Positions 12,182-25,252 of a stretch of DNA of 64,000 nt are shown here, one piece after another (the first letter of the stretch is position 1; every line of letters starts with the position of its first letter). Source of the DNA: Squalus acanthias (taxonomy: Eukaryota); the NCBI GenBank assembly GCA_030390025.1, contig CM059438.1, positions 67,644,001 through 67,708,000 of the forward strand. Direction: 5' to 3'. The position numbers were made by a program, and so were the translations under genes. Below the pieces are notes generated by a model that saw nothing but the letters and a program-made list of their open reading frames with translations, made no database searches and had not been told where the DNA came from.

Positions 12182-12687
12182 CTGTGTATGTGTGAAAACT
12201 ATATGAAGCAGGATTGAATAGCTAATCCGATTTCAGTTAGTTTGCATATCTACCCTTAATGTCAATCGAAAAGCACAACATAATTGTTGATTTTCAAAAC
12301 TTGTTTGTACTGTGCTAGTTTCTATTACTACTGTCCCTATATCATTAGCTACTTCTATGCAGATATTTCAACTTGAACCCTCCTTGCCAATTTTTGTGCT
12401 GGATTTAATAGATTTTCTGCTGCTTAATTAGACTTGCATGGAGGAATAATACCTGCCGTGTAGTACATTAGGTGGCAATACACTAACGAGACTGGGAGGG
12501 CGCTTGTAGTTGTCACATGATGTCAAGTGCCTTTAGACCATTTGTCACTGTGAGCTTTATTACGGATTCATTTCTAGCACTACCTATATTCTGTGCAGCT
12601 GCTGCACAAATTGTGAAAAGGGACATGTCTCCCCCCCCCCCCACCCACCCAACTGCTCACTACAATAAAAACTAGCTACAAGCTAAT

Positions 12688-13430
12688 GGCCCAGAAATTG
12701 ATCTCGCTCTGTTCCCGCGGGGGTAAGCCTTCCCCGCGATGTCTCACCTCGCTTATGCTTTTTCAGATCCAGCTCGCACGAACTTGATGTTCCAGACATC
12801 AGCTGTGCTGGGCTTGCGTATCCCAGCGGCGTAGTGAATTTGTGCGAGCTGTGGGATCACGTGACTCAGTTAGAGCCAATGGCAGCACACCATCTTCCAT
12901 TCATAAGTCTCACAGCATGGCTGTGAAATCTATGAATCTTACACCCCCCCAAAATAACAGCTAAACCTCAATTAAATTAAAAAAAAAACATCACATTAAT
13001 AAAATAAGTATAGTTAATTAAATTAACCATTTTAAATAAAAAATTAAATTTTTGAAAAAATTTAAAATCTTTTAAAAAGTTATAAAAATAAACTTACCTG
13101 TCTTTAAAGTCTCTAAAAAAGATATACCTGTAAAAAAAAATTCAAAAAAATTACTTAATTCACTACTTACCTTCTTAAAAGCGGGTCTTACTCCTCCTTT
13201 TTACATTTCCAAAATCTTCCCTACTTACCTGCGCGTCCAAAGCATGAAGTGCACAGCGTGCGCGCAGCCTGTAGCGCGCACGCGATGCACCCAGGCCCCG
13301 CCCCCTTTTCAGAAGAGCAATTGCCGGTTTTCAGCGCATGCGCAGGGCATGCAGAAAACCGGCAATTGGAGTGGGAATACGCGAGAGTACGCAGTGCGTA
13401 CTCTCGCGTCCCGGGATCAATTTTCGGCCC
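12688..13430 (+). mobile_element. Harbinger-type MITE (family B), young copy
   Basis: TIR GGCCCAGAAATTGATC...GATCAATTTTCGGCCC, 3-bp TSD AAT; near-identical reverse copy at 32207-32950. Confidence 0.9.
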
Positions 13431-13719
13431 AATGTGTTTTACAGTTTGACATCTCAAGAACCACTCGATTGGATTTCAACTCCTGCAACTCACTGTCAGC
13501 TACCTGTCATTTAACATGGGTACGTGGAGTTACGGTACAGCAGCAATTGCGATACATGAGTCTCTCTTAGCAGCAGTAGATTTTATACCAACACAAAGCA
13601 ATAATGAAATGCAATACGTATTCTACAATTAAAAGCACCCGCTTGAAACACGATGATGGACAGAGAGAAATATTCAAAATTTCATCAGGACTCAAAGTTT
13701 GCAAATCATTTTTAAAATT

Positions 13720-13985
13720 GATTCGAGGAGGAATTTCTTCTCTCTGAGGATCGTGAATCTTTGGAATTCTCTACCCCAGACAGCTGCGGAGGCTGGGTCA
13801 TTGCATATATTCAAGGCGGAGATAGACAGATTTTTGAAAAACCGGGGAATCAAGGGTTATGGGAAGCGGGCAGGAAAGTGGAGTTGAGGCCAAGATCAGA
13901 TCAGCCATGATCTCATTGAATGGCAGAGCAGGCTCGAGGGGCCGAATGGCCTACTCCTGCTCCTACTTCTTATGTTCTTATGTTC
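13720..13985 (+). mobile_element. CR1-type LINE 3' end
   Basis: RRNFFSLRIVNLWNSLP ORF end, 3'UTR and (TTCTTATG)n tail; same family as 671-1188. Confidence 0.88.
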
Positions 13986-14851
13986 TCCTGTGACGACCAT
14001 TGCGAGCACAATGTCACAATTCCGATAAATGGCAGTTCTCCAATAAGAGTGCAGCAAAGACAAGTTGTTTCAGGCTTGCTGCTGGTCCAAAGACACGACG
14101 CAAAACAAATCCTTATATCACGCCTTTAACATAGTAAAACATCCCAAGGCGCTTCACAGGGACGTAATCCAGACAAAAACTGACACCGATCCAAGAGGCA
14201 AATCTACAGGCCGAAGATGGTGACAGCATCTCACGGTGGCATTGCGGCCTACTTTTTTCATACTGCTGCTGATGAGGCCGTTAGGGAATATTCCCCATAT
14301 ATAAAAAATGTGGTTAGTTTGGGTTTCCGCTCTTAAAAAAAAATGTCAATTTCCTCATGGTTTATATATAAAACGTGCGCACACTGAACATTTTTTTTAA
14401 AAAGGAGTAGCATCCAGACTAACCAAGTTTTGATTTTACTCCATTCACATCAAGAATGTGGGAATCTATTGTGTATATAATTTTACAGCTTCACTGAGAA
14501 CGAGTTTTCGTATTGAATTTTCTAGTTGCTATTTCTTCACACACATCAGCAAATGTACACAATTGTTGTTCTCTGAAATATCCGTTTGCTGCTGCAGGAG
14601 ATTTGCAGCATTTCTGCTTTGGGCATCACGCCTTTCACTTTGAATAAAAGCTGACACTGGTAAGTGAACCATCGGAATTTTATTTACATTCTACACACTA
14701 TATTGGATAAAAGTGGGCAATTCATACATACCAGTACAAATGGTTCAATATCAACTTCTACATGAATAGTACAATAGAGGAGTCACAAAATGTAATAACA
14801 TGAACTGAGCCACTAAATCCTTCACAGAAAAAGGGCAGGGAATTTGCGTTA

Positions 14852-15628
14852 GAATTCCATAGGATATACAGCACAGAAACAGGCCATTCTGTCCAACCAG
14901 TCCATGCCGGCGTTTATGCTCCACTCGAGCCTCCTCCCACCCTTTCTCATCTAATTCTATCAGCGTAACCCTCTATTCCCTTCTCCCTCATATGCTTATC
15001 TAGCCTCCCCTTAAATGCATCTGTACTATTCACCTCAACAGCTCCCTGTTGCACATCCTCACCACTCTCTTGGTAAAGAAGTTTCTTCTGAATTCCCTAT
15101 TTGATTTCTTGGTGACTATCTTATATTGATGGCCTCTAGTTTTGCTCTTCTCCACAGAGTGGATACAGAGAGAATGTTTCCACTTATCAAAACCTTTCAT
15201 AATTTTAAAGACCTCTATTCGGTCAGCCCTCAGCCTTCTCTTTTCAAGACAAAAGAGACCCAGCCTGTTCATCCTTTCTTGACTGGTATAACCTCACAGT
15301 TCTAGTATCATCCTTGTAAATATTTTTTTTTTACCCTCTCCAGTGCTTCCATACCCTTTTTATAATATGGTGACCAGAACAGTACACAGTACTCCAAGTG
15401 TGGTCTAATCAAGGTTCGATACAAGTTTAGCATAACTTCTCTACTTTTCAATTCTTTCCCTCTAGGAATAAACCCTAGTGAGTGGTTTGCTTTTGATATG
15501 GCCTTGCTAACCTGCGTCGCAACTTTTAGTGATTTGTGTATTTATACTCCCAGATCCCTTTGCTCCTCTACCCCATTTAGATTCTTATTTTCCAATTAAT
15601 ATGTGACCTCCTTATTTTTCTTACCAAA
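14852..15628 (-). mobile_element. CR1-type LINE 3' part
   Basis: ORF 15030-15272; reverse complement of the subfamily at 49280-50778. Confidence 0.88.
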
Positions 15629-16383
15629 TTGTTCCTGATTTATGCAGAAAATGTACCTCTGAGATTATAGTAACGTGAGCTTTTCCATCTATAATGCAAT
15701 TTATCCTCTGTTATATTGAGCCGAGTGTCTGTGTATAAATGTTGACACTAAAATATAGTTGAGCCATACAATACCACTGAACATGGATTGACCACTTCCT
15801 CCCTGTGTAACCGATAGATGTAGAAAAAACAATCTTTGGGCCTGCCAGGATGTCTTTTATTTGTGTCGAGAACAACAATAGTGTGAGCCATTTAATGTAT
15901 TTACTTAGTATGCACATTTATTTTTAATGATCTTGATGGGGGAATCACTGACCATTCTGTTCGTTTTTGTGGGATTTGATGCCTCCTTTTAGTGCTGATC
16001 TTATGCCTAACTGACTGGTCCAAGTGATGAAAATCAAATGCTGCCTGACTCGAGCTGGACAGGGGGTCAAGCCCTGCACAAATTGGGTCTTTCGATTTCC
16101 GATAGCTGCACATTAAGATATTTATGGTGTGATTTTTCCAGGTCGCGCAAACATTGAATCCATTTAATGCCACAAATCTGCAGTACAGAGGGGTGTCAGA
16201 ATTCATGCCGGTATGTAGTGTGGTTTCAATGTTTTCAAAAATGATTAATGCACATTGTACTCTCGGGGGTAGTGTTGCGTTCATTTGGACGTGCGTTGAA
16301 ATACTGCATTGCCAAGCCACCTCGGCCAGGTGACTGAATAAGAGTGAGAATCAGATGCTTTGCATTACAATTTTTGCATCAAA

Positions 16384-16490
16384 TTTCCCACATTACAACA
16401 GTGACTCCACTTCAAAAGTACTTTATTGACTGTAAAGCGCTTTGAGACGTCCGGTGGTCATGAAAGGCGCTATATAAATGCAAGTCTTTT
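16384..16490 (+). mobile_element. Deu-domain SINE 3' fragment
   Basis: cattacaacagtgactccacttcaaaagtac...gcgctatataaatgcaagtc. Confidence 0.75.
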
Positions 16491-16651
16491 TTATTTTTTA
16501 ATATCAACACAACAAGTGCAGAAAATCAAGGTATGGGGAAGGTGATTCAGCTGCTCCTCAAATAAACTACCACACCCTGGGGTCACTGCTGGGGCCATCC
16601 TAATAACCGAATGCAAACACTGCCAATCACTGTACAAAGGTGAGCCCTTGC

Positions 16652-19318
16652 ATCATAGAATCATAGAATCATAGAAGATAGGAGCAGGAGTAGGCCATTC
16701 GGCCCCTCTAGCCTGCTCCACCATTCAATGCGATCATGGCTGATCATCCAAATTCAGTACCCTGTCCCTGCTTTCTCCCCATATCCCTTGATCCCTTTAG
16801 CCTTAAGAAATATATCCAACTCCTTCTTGAATCTATTTAATGAATTGGCCTCTACTGCCTTCTGTGGCAGAGAATTCCACAGGTTCACCACTCTCTGGGT
16901 GAAGAAATTCCTCCTCATTTCTGTCCTAAATGGCTTACCCCTTATCCTTAGACTGTGACCCCTGGTTCTGGACTCCCCGACCATCGGGAACATCCTTCCT
17001 GCATCTAGTTTGTCCTGTCCTGTCAGAATTTTATAAGTTTCAATGAGATCCCCTCTCATTCTTCTAAACTCCAGCGAGTATAATCCCAATCGACCCAATC
17101 TCTCTTCATACATCATTCCTGCCATCCCAGGTATCAGCCTTGTGAATCTTCGCTGAAATCCTTCCATGGCAAGAACATCCTTCCTCCGATAAGGCGACCA
17201 AAACTGCACACAGTACTCAAGGTGTGGTCTCACCAAGGCCCTGTACAACTGCAGCAAGACATCCTTGTTCCTGTACTCAAACCCTCTCGCTATGAAGGCC
17301 AACATACCATTTGCCTTCTTAACCGCCTGCTGCACCTGCATGCTTACCTTCAGCGACTGGTGCACAAGGACACCCAGGTCTCGTTGCACTTCCCTTCTGC
17401 CAATCTATTGCCATTCAGATAATAATCTGCCTTTCTGTTTTTGACACCAAAGTGGATAACCTCGCATTTATCCACGTTATATTGCATCTGCCACGCTTCT
17501 GCCCAATCACTCAACCTGTCCAAATCATCCTGGAGTTTCTCGGCATCCTCCTCGCAGCACACACGCCCACCCAGTTTTGTGTCGTCTGCAAACTTGGAGA
17601 TATTACATCTAGTTCCCATGTCGAGATCATTAATATATATTGTGAATAGCTGGGGTCCAAGGACCGATCCCTGCGGTACCCCACTAGTCACTGCCTGCCA
17701 CTCGGAAAAAGACCCGTTTATTGCAACTCGTTGCTTTCTGTCTGCCAACCAGTTCTCTATCCAAGTCAATACCTTGCCCCCAATCCCATGTGCCTTAACT
17801 TTACACGCTAATCTCTTATGCGGGACCTTATCAAAAGCCTTTTGGAAGTCCAAATACACCACATCCACTGGTTCTCCCATATCTATTTTACCAGTTACGT
17901 CCTCAAAAAATTCCAGTAGATTAGTCAAGCATGATTTACCTTTTGTAAATCCATGTTGACTTTGTCCGATCCTGTCACTGTTTTTCAAGTGCTCAGCTAT
18001 TACATCTTTTATAATGGACTCTAGCATTTTCTCCACTACCGATGTCAGGCTTACCGTTTTCTCTCTACCACCCTTTTTGAATAGTGGGGTAACATTAGCT
18101 ACCCTCCAATCCATGGGTACTGTTCCAGATTCCATCGAATGTTGGAAGATGATCAGCAATGCATCTACTATTTCTAGGGCCACTTCCTTAAGTACCCTAG
18201 GATGTAGATTATCAGGCCCTGGGGATTTATCGGCCTTCAATCCCTTCAATTTCCCTAACACCATTTCCCTACAAATACTGATTTCTTTCAGTTCCTCCCT
18301 TTCATCAGACCCTATGTTCCCCAACATCTCTGGGAGGTTATTTGTGTCCTCCTTTGTGAAGACAGAACCAAAATATGTATTTAATTGGTCTGCCATTTCT
18401 TTGTTCCCCATTATAAGTTCCCCTGATTCTGACTGCAAGGGACCTATGCTTGATTTTACTAATCTTTTTCTCTTTACATGTCTATAAAAGCTTTTACAGT
18501 CAGTTTTTATGTTCCCTGCAAGCTTACTCTCGTATTCTATTTTCCCCTTCTTAATTAATCCCTTTGTCCTCCTTTGTTGAATCTTAAACTGCTCCCAATC
18601 CACAGGGGTTACTGCTTTTTCTGGCCAATTTATATGCCCTCTTCTTGGATCTTATGCTATCCCTAATTTCCCTTGTTAGCCATGGTTGAGTCACCCTTTT
18701 TGTTTTATTCTTATGCCAAACTGGGATGAACAAATTCTGTAGTTCGTCCATGTGGTCTTTGAATGTTTGCCATTGCCTATCCACTGTCAACCCTTTGAGT
18801 GACATTCCCCAATCAATCCTACCCAACTTGCACCTCATACCATCATAGTTTCCTTTATTTAAATTCAGGACCCTAGTCTCTGAGTCAACTACTTCACTCT
18901 CTATCCTAATGAAGAATGTTATCATATTATGATCGCTCTGACCCAAGGGGCCTCGCACAACAAGATTGCTAATTAATCCTTTCTCATTGCATAATATCCA
19001 GTCTGAGATGGCCTGATCTCTGGTTGGTTCCTCGACATATTGGTCCAGGAAACCATCCCGTAAACACTCCAGGAATTCCTCCTCCATAGTATTGTTACTA
19101 ATTTGGTTAGCCCAATCTATATGTAGATTAAAGTCACCCATGATGACTGCTGTGCCCTTATTGCACTCTTCTCTAATTTCCCTTTTAATGCCATCCCCAA
19201 CCTCCGCATTACTGTTTGGAGGTCTATATATCACTCCCACTAACGTTTTCTGCCCCTTGTTATTTCTCAGTTCAACCCATACAGATTCCACATCATCAGA
19301 GCTAATATCCTTCCTTTC
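16652..19318 (-). mobile_element. CR1-type LINE ORF2, partial APE endonuclease plus RT, frameshifted
   Basis: ORF 18584-19342 (GVIYRPP, MGDFN, SDHN), ORFs 17350-18603 and 16754-17389 (RT); (CATAGAAT)n tail. Confidence 0.96.
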
Positions 19319-19856
19319 AAGGCTTCCAATGACTCTCTCCATAGGCTAGAACAGATGGCAGCTGCAGGTGAGGTTACAGAAGCGATCTGTCACTGGTGAG
19401 AGAGAATCTCCCAATGAGGTGTGACTACACAAACAATTCAAAACTTGTCACCTACAGAAAAGTCTAAATACATTAAAAATGATTTTCCCAACATTTTCTT
19501 ACCTCTGAAACTCACCAGTATATCATTGGATCTTTCACACCACTTCTGCAGCTGTCATCAATGCACAAACATTACAGTAGACCCACAGCACGCCACACTT
19601 ACCTGGTGTGGTGTCCGGACATCGGGAAGCCCGCAGTCAACCTGTCAAAATTGAAAAAAGCCTCTTAACTGCCTGTTAACTATAATCTTCTTCCCGCCGC
19701 TAGGTGTCGGGTCCCTGCGCAAATCGGGGACCCAACACTTTGGAAGATTGTATGGAGGTGGGTTGACAGCAGTTCGGGACCCGCTGTCAATCTTTGCAAT
19801 TTTCCCACCAGTCCCACCTCCAAACCCGCCCCCTGAGCGTCGGCAAAATTCCCCCC
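19319..19856. mobile_element. Harbinger-type MITE (family C) segment; the remainder lies at about 16612-16651
   Basis: Reverse complement of roughly 26030-26555; ends CGGCAAAATTCCCCCC. Confidence 0.8.
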
Positions 19857-20338
19857 TTCGGGTCCTGGGCCTCCAGCCATATGCCTGCGTAAAGGCCCAC
19901 GGATCCCAGGGGCGCACGCGGTTCGCAAGCATCCCTGGGATCACGTGGACCCAGTCAACCAATCAAAAAGGGGGATTCCTATGATGCTTATGGGGATTCC
20001 ATTTACGTACAGAATTGGCATAAGCATGTTAGAAGTCACCCAATAAATAAGAATTCACACCACTTAAATAAATAACAAATTTTCCCATGTTCAAAATTAT
20101 TAAAAGACCCTTTAATTAAGCATTTAAAGTAAAAATTTAATTTTTTGAAAAATAAATTTAAACATTTTAATATTTACCTGAACTAATTTTAAATGTATGT
20201 ATGTTTTAAACATTTAAAAAAAATTATTTTAACATTTATTTTAACCCTTACACTGGTAACAGAAGGCCTTATGCCTGCTTTTGCCAGAAGTGAGAAGTCG
20301 CACAACACCAGGTTATAGTCCAACAGTTTTATTTGAAA

Positions 20339-20375
20339 TCACAAGCTTTCGGAGCGCTGCTCCTTCGTCAGGTGA
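20339..20375 (-). ncRNA. Minimal type I hammerhead ribozyme motif
   Basis: Minus strand: tcac-CTGACGA-a-GGAGC agc GCTCC-GAAA-GC-TT-gtga. Confidence 0.7.
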
Positions 20376-20425
20376 AGTGAAGAATACAAATCGGCACAGC
20401 ATAAATAGACAGAGAACAATGTCGA

Positions 20426-20461
20426 ACCTGACGAAGGAGCAGCAGCTCCGAAAGCTTGTGA
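20426..20461 (+). ncRNA. Hammerhead ribozyme motif, stem I truncated
   Basis: ac-CTGACGA-a-GGAGC agca GCTCC-GAAA-GC-TT-gtga. Confidence 0.5.
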
Positions 20462-21449
20462 TTTCAAATAAAACTGTTGGACTATAACCTGGTGTTGTGC
20501 GACTTCTCACTTTTGTCCACCCCAGTCCAACACCGGCATCTCCGCATCATGCTTTTGCCAGGCGTAAGGGTTTTGCGGGCATTCGCTGGGCAGTAGTTGG
20601 GCAAATAGCCAACTCTGCGCCAGCAAGCTTTTTTGCAGTGGATGCGAAGGATCTGTCGACGCAAAACTTGACCAATTGCAGGATCCGGGTTTTCGCGCAT
20701 GCGCAGCGCATACGGAATCCCGAGACCTGCTGTGCACATGCCATCATCGGCCCCGCAGAATCCAGGCCATTACTTTAAAGATGCAGAATTCAGTGATCTG
20801 CACAGGGTCCAGCTCCCTTCGAATACATCTGTATTGAATTGCTTCACTTAAATAAGCCTCGTTCATTTCCAACTCTGTGCTTTATTGCCCTGTTCAGTGG
20901 AGGTTTCACAGGCTGTTACGTCCAGGAATATGCACAGAGCAAAGTCACAATGTTGATTGCATGTTTCTACTGCATGTGTACAATTTTTGATCACTTTTTA
21001 AGCTTTCATCACAGATTCACAATGCTGTGTGATACGTCATGATATTTTACTCGTGTATGGCCATCTCAATGATTTTTATGTGGCTTCTCTATCATCAACA
21101 TCGCTTTACCCAAGACTACAATATTTTCAGTTCTTTGCAGTAATAATGGACAGAGATGCACTTGACTGCTCTTAATGCACCAAATGCTTGTGACTTATCT
21201 GCTATCAAAAATGGTTTTGAACTGCCTATAGTATTTACAACCAACTTGTCTGATAAAGTCCAGTCTCTTTAGAAAGAGAAGTAAGGAATTATTGGGAGGG
21301 AGGGATGTGAGAGTGAAAGGCAGGTTTCTTTTTTTTCTTATGACCAAAATTAACTGAAGACATTTGTTGTTCTAATTCATTTTCTGGGACAGTTTGTTCA
21401 GTTTTTAATTCATTCTTTAAAAAAAAATTAATTTGAATAGAGTGGCGAG

Positions 21450-23084
21450 TGTAGAGTTTCGCAATTATCGCGATTCAAAATAACATGAGAGAAGCAGATT
21501 CAATTGATCATTTTTATTAAACGAAATGCTGTCCTGATAATAAAGGACACAGAAGCCTGTAAAATGGCTGCCGCGCATCGTGGCAGAAGCTTCCAGAGAC
21601 ACAGTGGGCAGACAAGATGGCGTCGAATATACATTCAGTATGAGATCGGATCATACTCGGTACACATTGTAAAGACAGGATGCAACCCGTTTGCATCTTG
21701 AACAATAGCAATGATATAAGTGCTGGAATCGTTTCCTACGCACAGTAAGGATCATTGAACGGGGCCATCGAGAACCCATCTAGACACATCAATACACAAA
21801 TAGCCCCCCCAGCTCAACAATGAGAGAGACATTGGCGGGTGATTAAGCCAGTATTCGGAGGGCCCCAAAACCAGTCGAGGAGACGATTCATACACATCCT
21901 GGCTGGCTCAACAATGGAGAAGGTATTAACGGATAGTTGGCCAGTTTCAGGTGCTACCGAAACCCGTTAAGAAGATAATCGCCCCATGCTGGGAGTTTTG
22001 GGTGCCAAAATCACACAAAGGATAACATTTAGATTTGAGCAGGAGATAAGGCCGACATAACAGTATAACTATAGAGGACAAATGTCCATCGGTCTCTTCC
22101 TTGACTCTGGGCTCTGGATTCGCTTGATTCTCTTGACTCGGGCTGAACCCTCTCTCTTCCTGAAGCTCTTGCTGGACTCTCTTGACTCTTGACTCTTAGC
22201 CGTGCTGGTCGGTTATTCGAGTGTTGGGTGGAGCTCAATCGGAACGAGCCGCCTCGACAGGGCAAGTAACAGGGTACACCATCTCAAGTGTCGGTAAACG
22301 GTGTCCGGACCCAGAGGCCCGAAAGACGAGAAGAAAGACGAGAAGAAAGACGAGAAGAAATTCCACGTGCCGCCACGGTCAGTAAACCCCGACCGCGCCC
22401 GAAGATATAACGACAGAACCCATCTTTGAATTCTACCGACTACTACATGTACCGTTTCTTTTGAATTCTACGGATTACTGCACGATCCGGTCTGAATCCA
22501 TCGACTGCTTCATGACATCAGGGAGTCTGGCTTGCCTTTCACGGCAGCGAGAGTAAACAAGTGGGGTGCAGAAACCCTCACAACCACGTGACAGTCAGGC
22601 GCTGCAGCGAAACGAGCTGAGTGCCTCACTTTAAATTTCTGAAGTGAGCCGAGTGGTGAGCATGTTTTCCGATTCTACAAATCCAGACGTAGTTTAGGTA
22701 TATTGAGGGAGGGTGGTTTTTCTAAGGTTAATGTATAATGTGTTCCCCCCTTTTACGATGTGCCATGTGTTCCCCATTTCCATAGACCAAGTTTTATGAA
22801 CGTGTGCATACTTGTACTCTCTTTGATCTGTGCCTATGACATGTATTTCATGATTTTAGACGCCATGCAATAAAGATATTCATTTTGTGCTTTTCAACCG
22901 GGTCTATTTGAGTCTTTTCTCTGCATTACTGCTCCTTGCATCTAAGTCCAGGTGTCAGAACCGTAAGGGCGAGTGGGTCGAACCACTCACAAGTGCTTAT
23001 TGCAAAAGTCTGGCCGGAGACCAGAGCAAGCAATAGTATAGGCAATGAAGGCCTCACCTCGCACCAGTACCGTGACCCCTTACA
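21450..23084 (+). mobile_element. Probable solo LTR (Gypsy or ERV type)
   Basis: TGTA...TACA ends, flanks CGAG/GGAG (4-bp TSD with one mismatch), TATA-like at 22064, AATAAA at 22869, short internal repeats, more CpG than the flanks. Confidence 0.6.
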
Positions 23085-24681
23085 GGAGCAAAACATGGGA
23101 CAAATTTTGTGGCAAGATCCTTAGTTGTGACTGAAATGCAAGATTTTCTGCATCAGCAATGCAACACAAGCCCATCTGATGGGTTATTTTTGATTTTTCA
23201 AAGAAATGGCTTTACTGTACTCAAAACAGGGTTGCTATTGTCAAGTGCCGAAATCATAATGAGACGGTCAGTTTTGGAATTGAGTGCAAAAATAGAAAAG
23301 CCATAATTCTTTTTGTGGCAATGCGTGCTCGTCTCGAGCTCTTTTTTTGGGTCAAAGATCAAGTTGAAGAGAAGACAAAGCAATTGGGTGGTAAGTTGGG
23401 CAAGATGATTCTCGCGTTCGCTCAACTGCTGCGCTCCCTTTCCGAGCGTTGTCCTTTCAAAGTAACGTCCTGACCTTTTGCTTTCACTTCCAGCGTGTCA
23501 ACTCCCTGGCAGGGAACACGCAAAGTGTTCTTGAATTGTGTAGAAGTTCTTTACTGCCCCTCTTTGAGGTGTTTTCTTTGGCCTCGCCTACAAACCCGTG
23601 CTCTGTTGAGATTTGTATTCTGTCGCTGACGATATTAAATATATTTAAAGGGTGAAATCCCGCTTCTGAACAAAATGGAATTAGATTGTTAATTGCAGGG
23701 GAAAGATGAGCATACTCCTGTTTTATGTTTCATCCCATAAGACACCAAGTAGCTATTTGAACAGTGGTGTTGATTTACATAGTTATGGTAAAATAACTTA
23801 CTAATTGATACAATTTTGTCTCAATCACAACCTAACTCTTGCTCTTTTTCAAATTAGCATCATATGAATATTTCAACATTTGTCACAATTTTGATAGAAT
23901 TGAAACAGGCCCTTTGTAAACCTCTGATACACTTCTGCCACATTAACAAGTAGGACTTGCCGATCCTCCTTTAGAATAAATTAAACTGCTCCGCTGCTCG
24001 TAATTCTCATCTGCTGGTGAAATAAACCCAATTCCCTGTTACTGGGAAAATGAGGAGGGTGTTCAGAGGGAGAGAAGTGGAATCCATAATTTTCTGTATG
24101 CATGTCTTTGAAAATCGATTGTGATCACACTGCATCAGATGCAATTTCGAAACTTGCAGCCTAAACCTCATTTTGGTTTTAAATATCATTGGAACAGGAC
24201 TCAGTGAATGCAAGTGAATGATTTAACCTCTTTAAATCTTTTTAATACCCATCTCATTACAGTTCAAGAAATAAAATTGCAGAGAAAATTTAACAAGTTA
24301 AAGGATTATTGCCTTGAAGCAATAGTAAAAAAAAAAAGTAGATGAGTATTTAAAGCGATCTGCCACAGGAAATAAATGCATGCACTTGAATTGTGAATCA
24401 CTTATACTCTTCTTTCTCTTGAGGTAATTTATTCCAAGCATCTTTAATCTAGTTATTGAGTGCTGGGGACGGGGGGTTGAAGAATCCGAAAACTCTTTAT
24501 TGTGGGATGTGAATGGAGTCCATATATTGATGCTACCAATGTTTCAAGACAATTAAAACCACAGTACCCTAAAGAAAAATAATGTTCAGCTGTGGAACTA
24601 AACTATAAATATTGTTCTGCATCTTTATATAGCGGATGCATAGGCACAGCAGTTGATAAATGTTTTAAGCTGACACTTGGG

Positions 24682-25252
24682 AACATCAGAGCAGGAGTGG
24701 GTCATTCATCCCCTCGAGCCTGTTCAGCCATTCAGTTAGATCACGGCTGATCTGTATCTTAACTCCATCTACCTGCCTTGGTTCTGTAACCCTTAATACC
24801 CTTGCCAAACAAAATCTATCAATCTCAGTTTTGAAATTTTCAAGTGACCTAGCCGCAACAGCTTTTGGGGAGAGAGTTTTCCAGATTTCCACTACTCTTT
24901 GTGTGAAGAAGTGCTTCCTGACATCACCCCTGAATGGGGCCTAACTCTAATTTTAAGGCTCGCCCCCCCCCCCACCCCCCTTGTTCTGGACTCCCACTAC
25001 CAGAGGATTTAGTTTGCCTCCATCTACCCTATCAAGTCCTTTAATCAACTTAAACACCTCAATTAGATCACCCCTTAATCTTCTATACTCAAGGGAATAA
25101 AAGCCTAGTCTATGCAACCTGTCCTCATAATTTAACCCTTTTAGCTCCGGTATCATTCTGTTGAATTTGCGCTGCACCCCTTCCAAGGCCAATATATCCT
25201 TCCTGAGGTGCGGTGCCCAGAACTGATCGCAGTGCTCTAAATGGGGTCCAGT
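24682..25252 (-). mobile_element. CR1-type LINE 3' part
   Basis: ORFs 24953-25255 (PHLEHCDQFWAPHLRKDILALEGVQR) and 24686-24892. Confidence 0.88.

Larger units (their letters stand above)
20288..20549. mobile_element. Short palindromic Penelope-derived insertion with hammerhead motifs
   Basis: About 85-bp inverted arms plus a one-sided extension; TSD TGCTTTTGCCAG at 20276-20287 and 20550-20561. Confidence 0.85.
19860..20729. mobile_element. MITE related to family B, interrupted by a Penelope-derived palindrome
   Basis: Colinear with 57270-58000 and 46376-47126 (AT-rich core, GCGCATGCGCAG hairpin). Confidence 0.78.

Noticed and set aside
14489..14659. AG...GTAAGT-bounded plus-strand segment
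   Set aside because: Stops in all three frames; a non-coding exon cannot be supported without RNA data
17441..18487. Long plus-strand ORFs of 172 and 157 aa
   Set aside because: Antisense shadows of the CR1 ORF2
20288..20510. miRNA precursor
   Set aside because: The hairpin is explained by inverted PLE termini with a TSD; no evidence of miRNA processing
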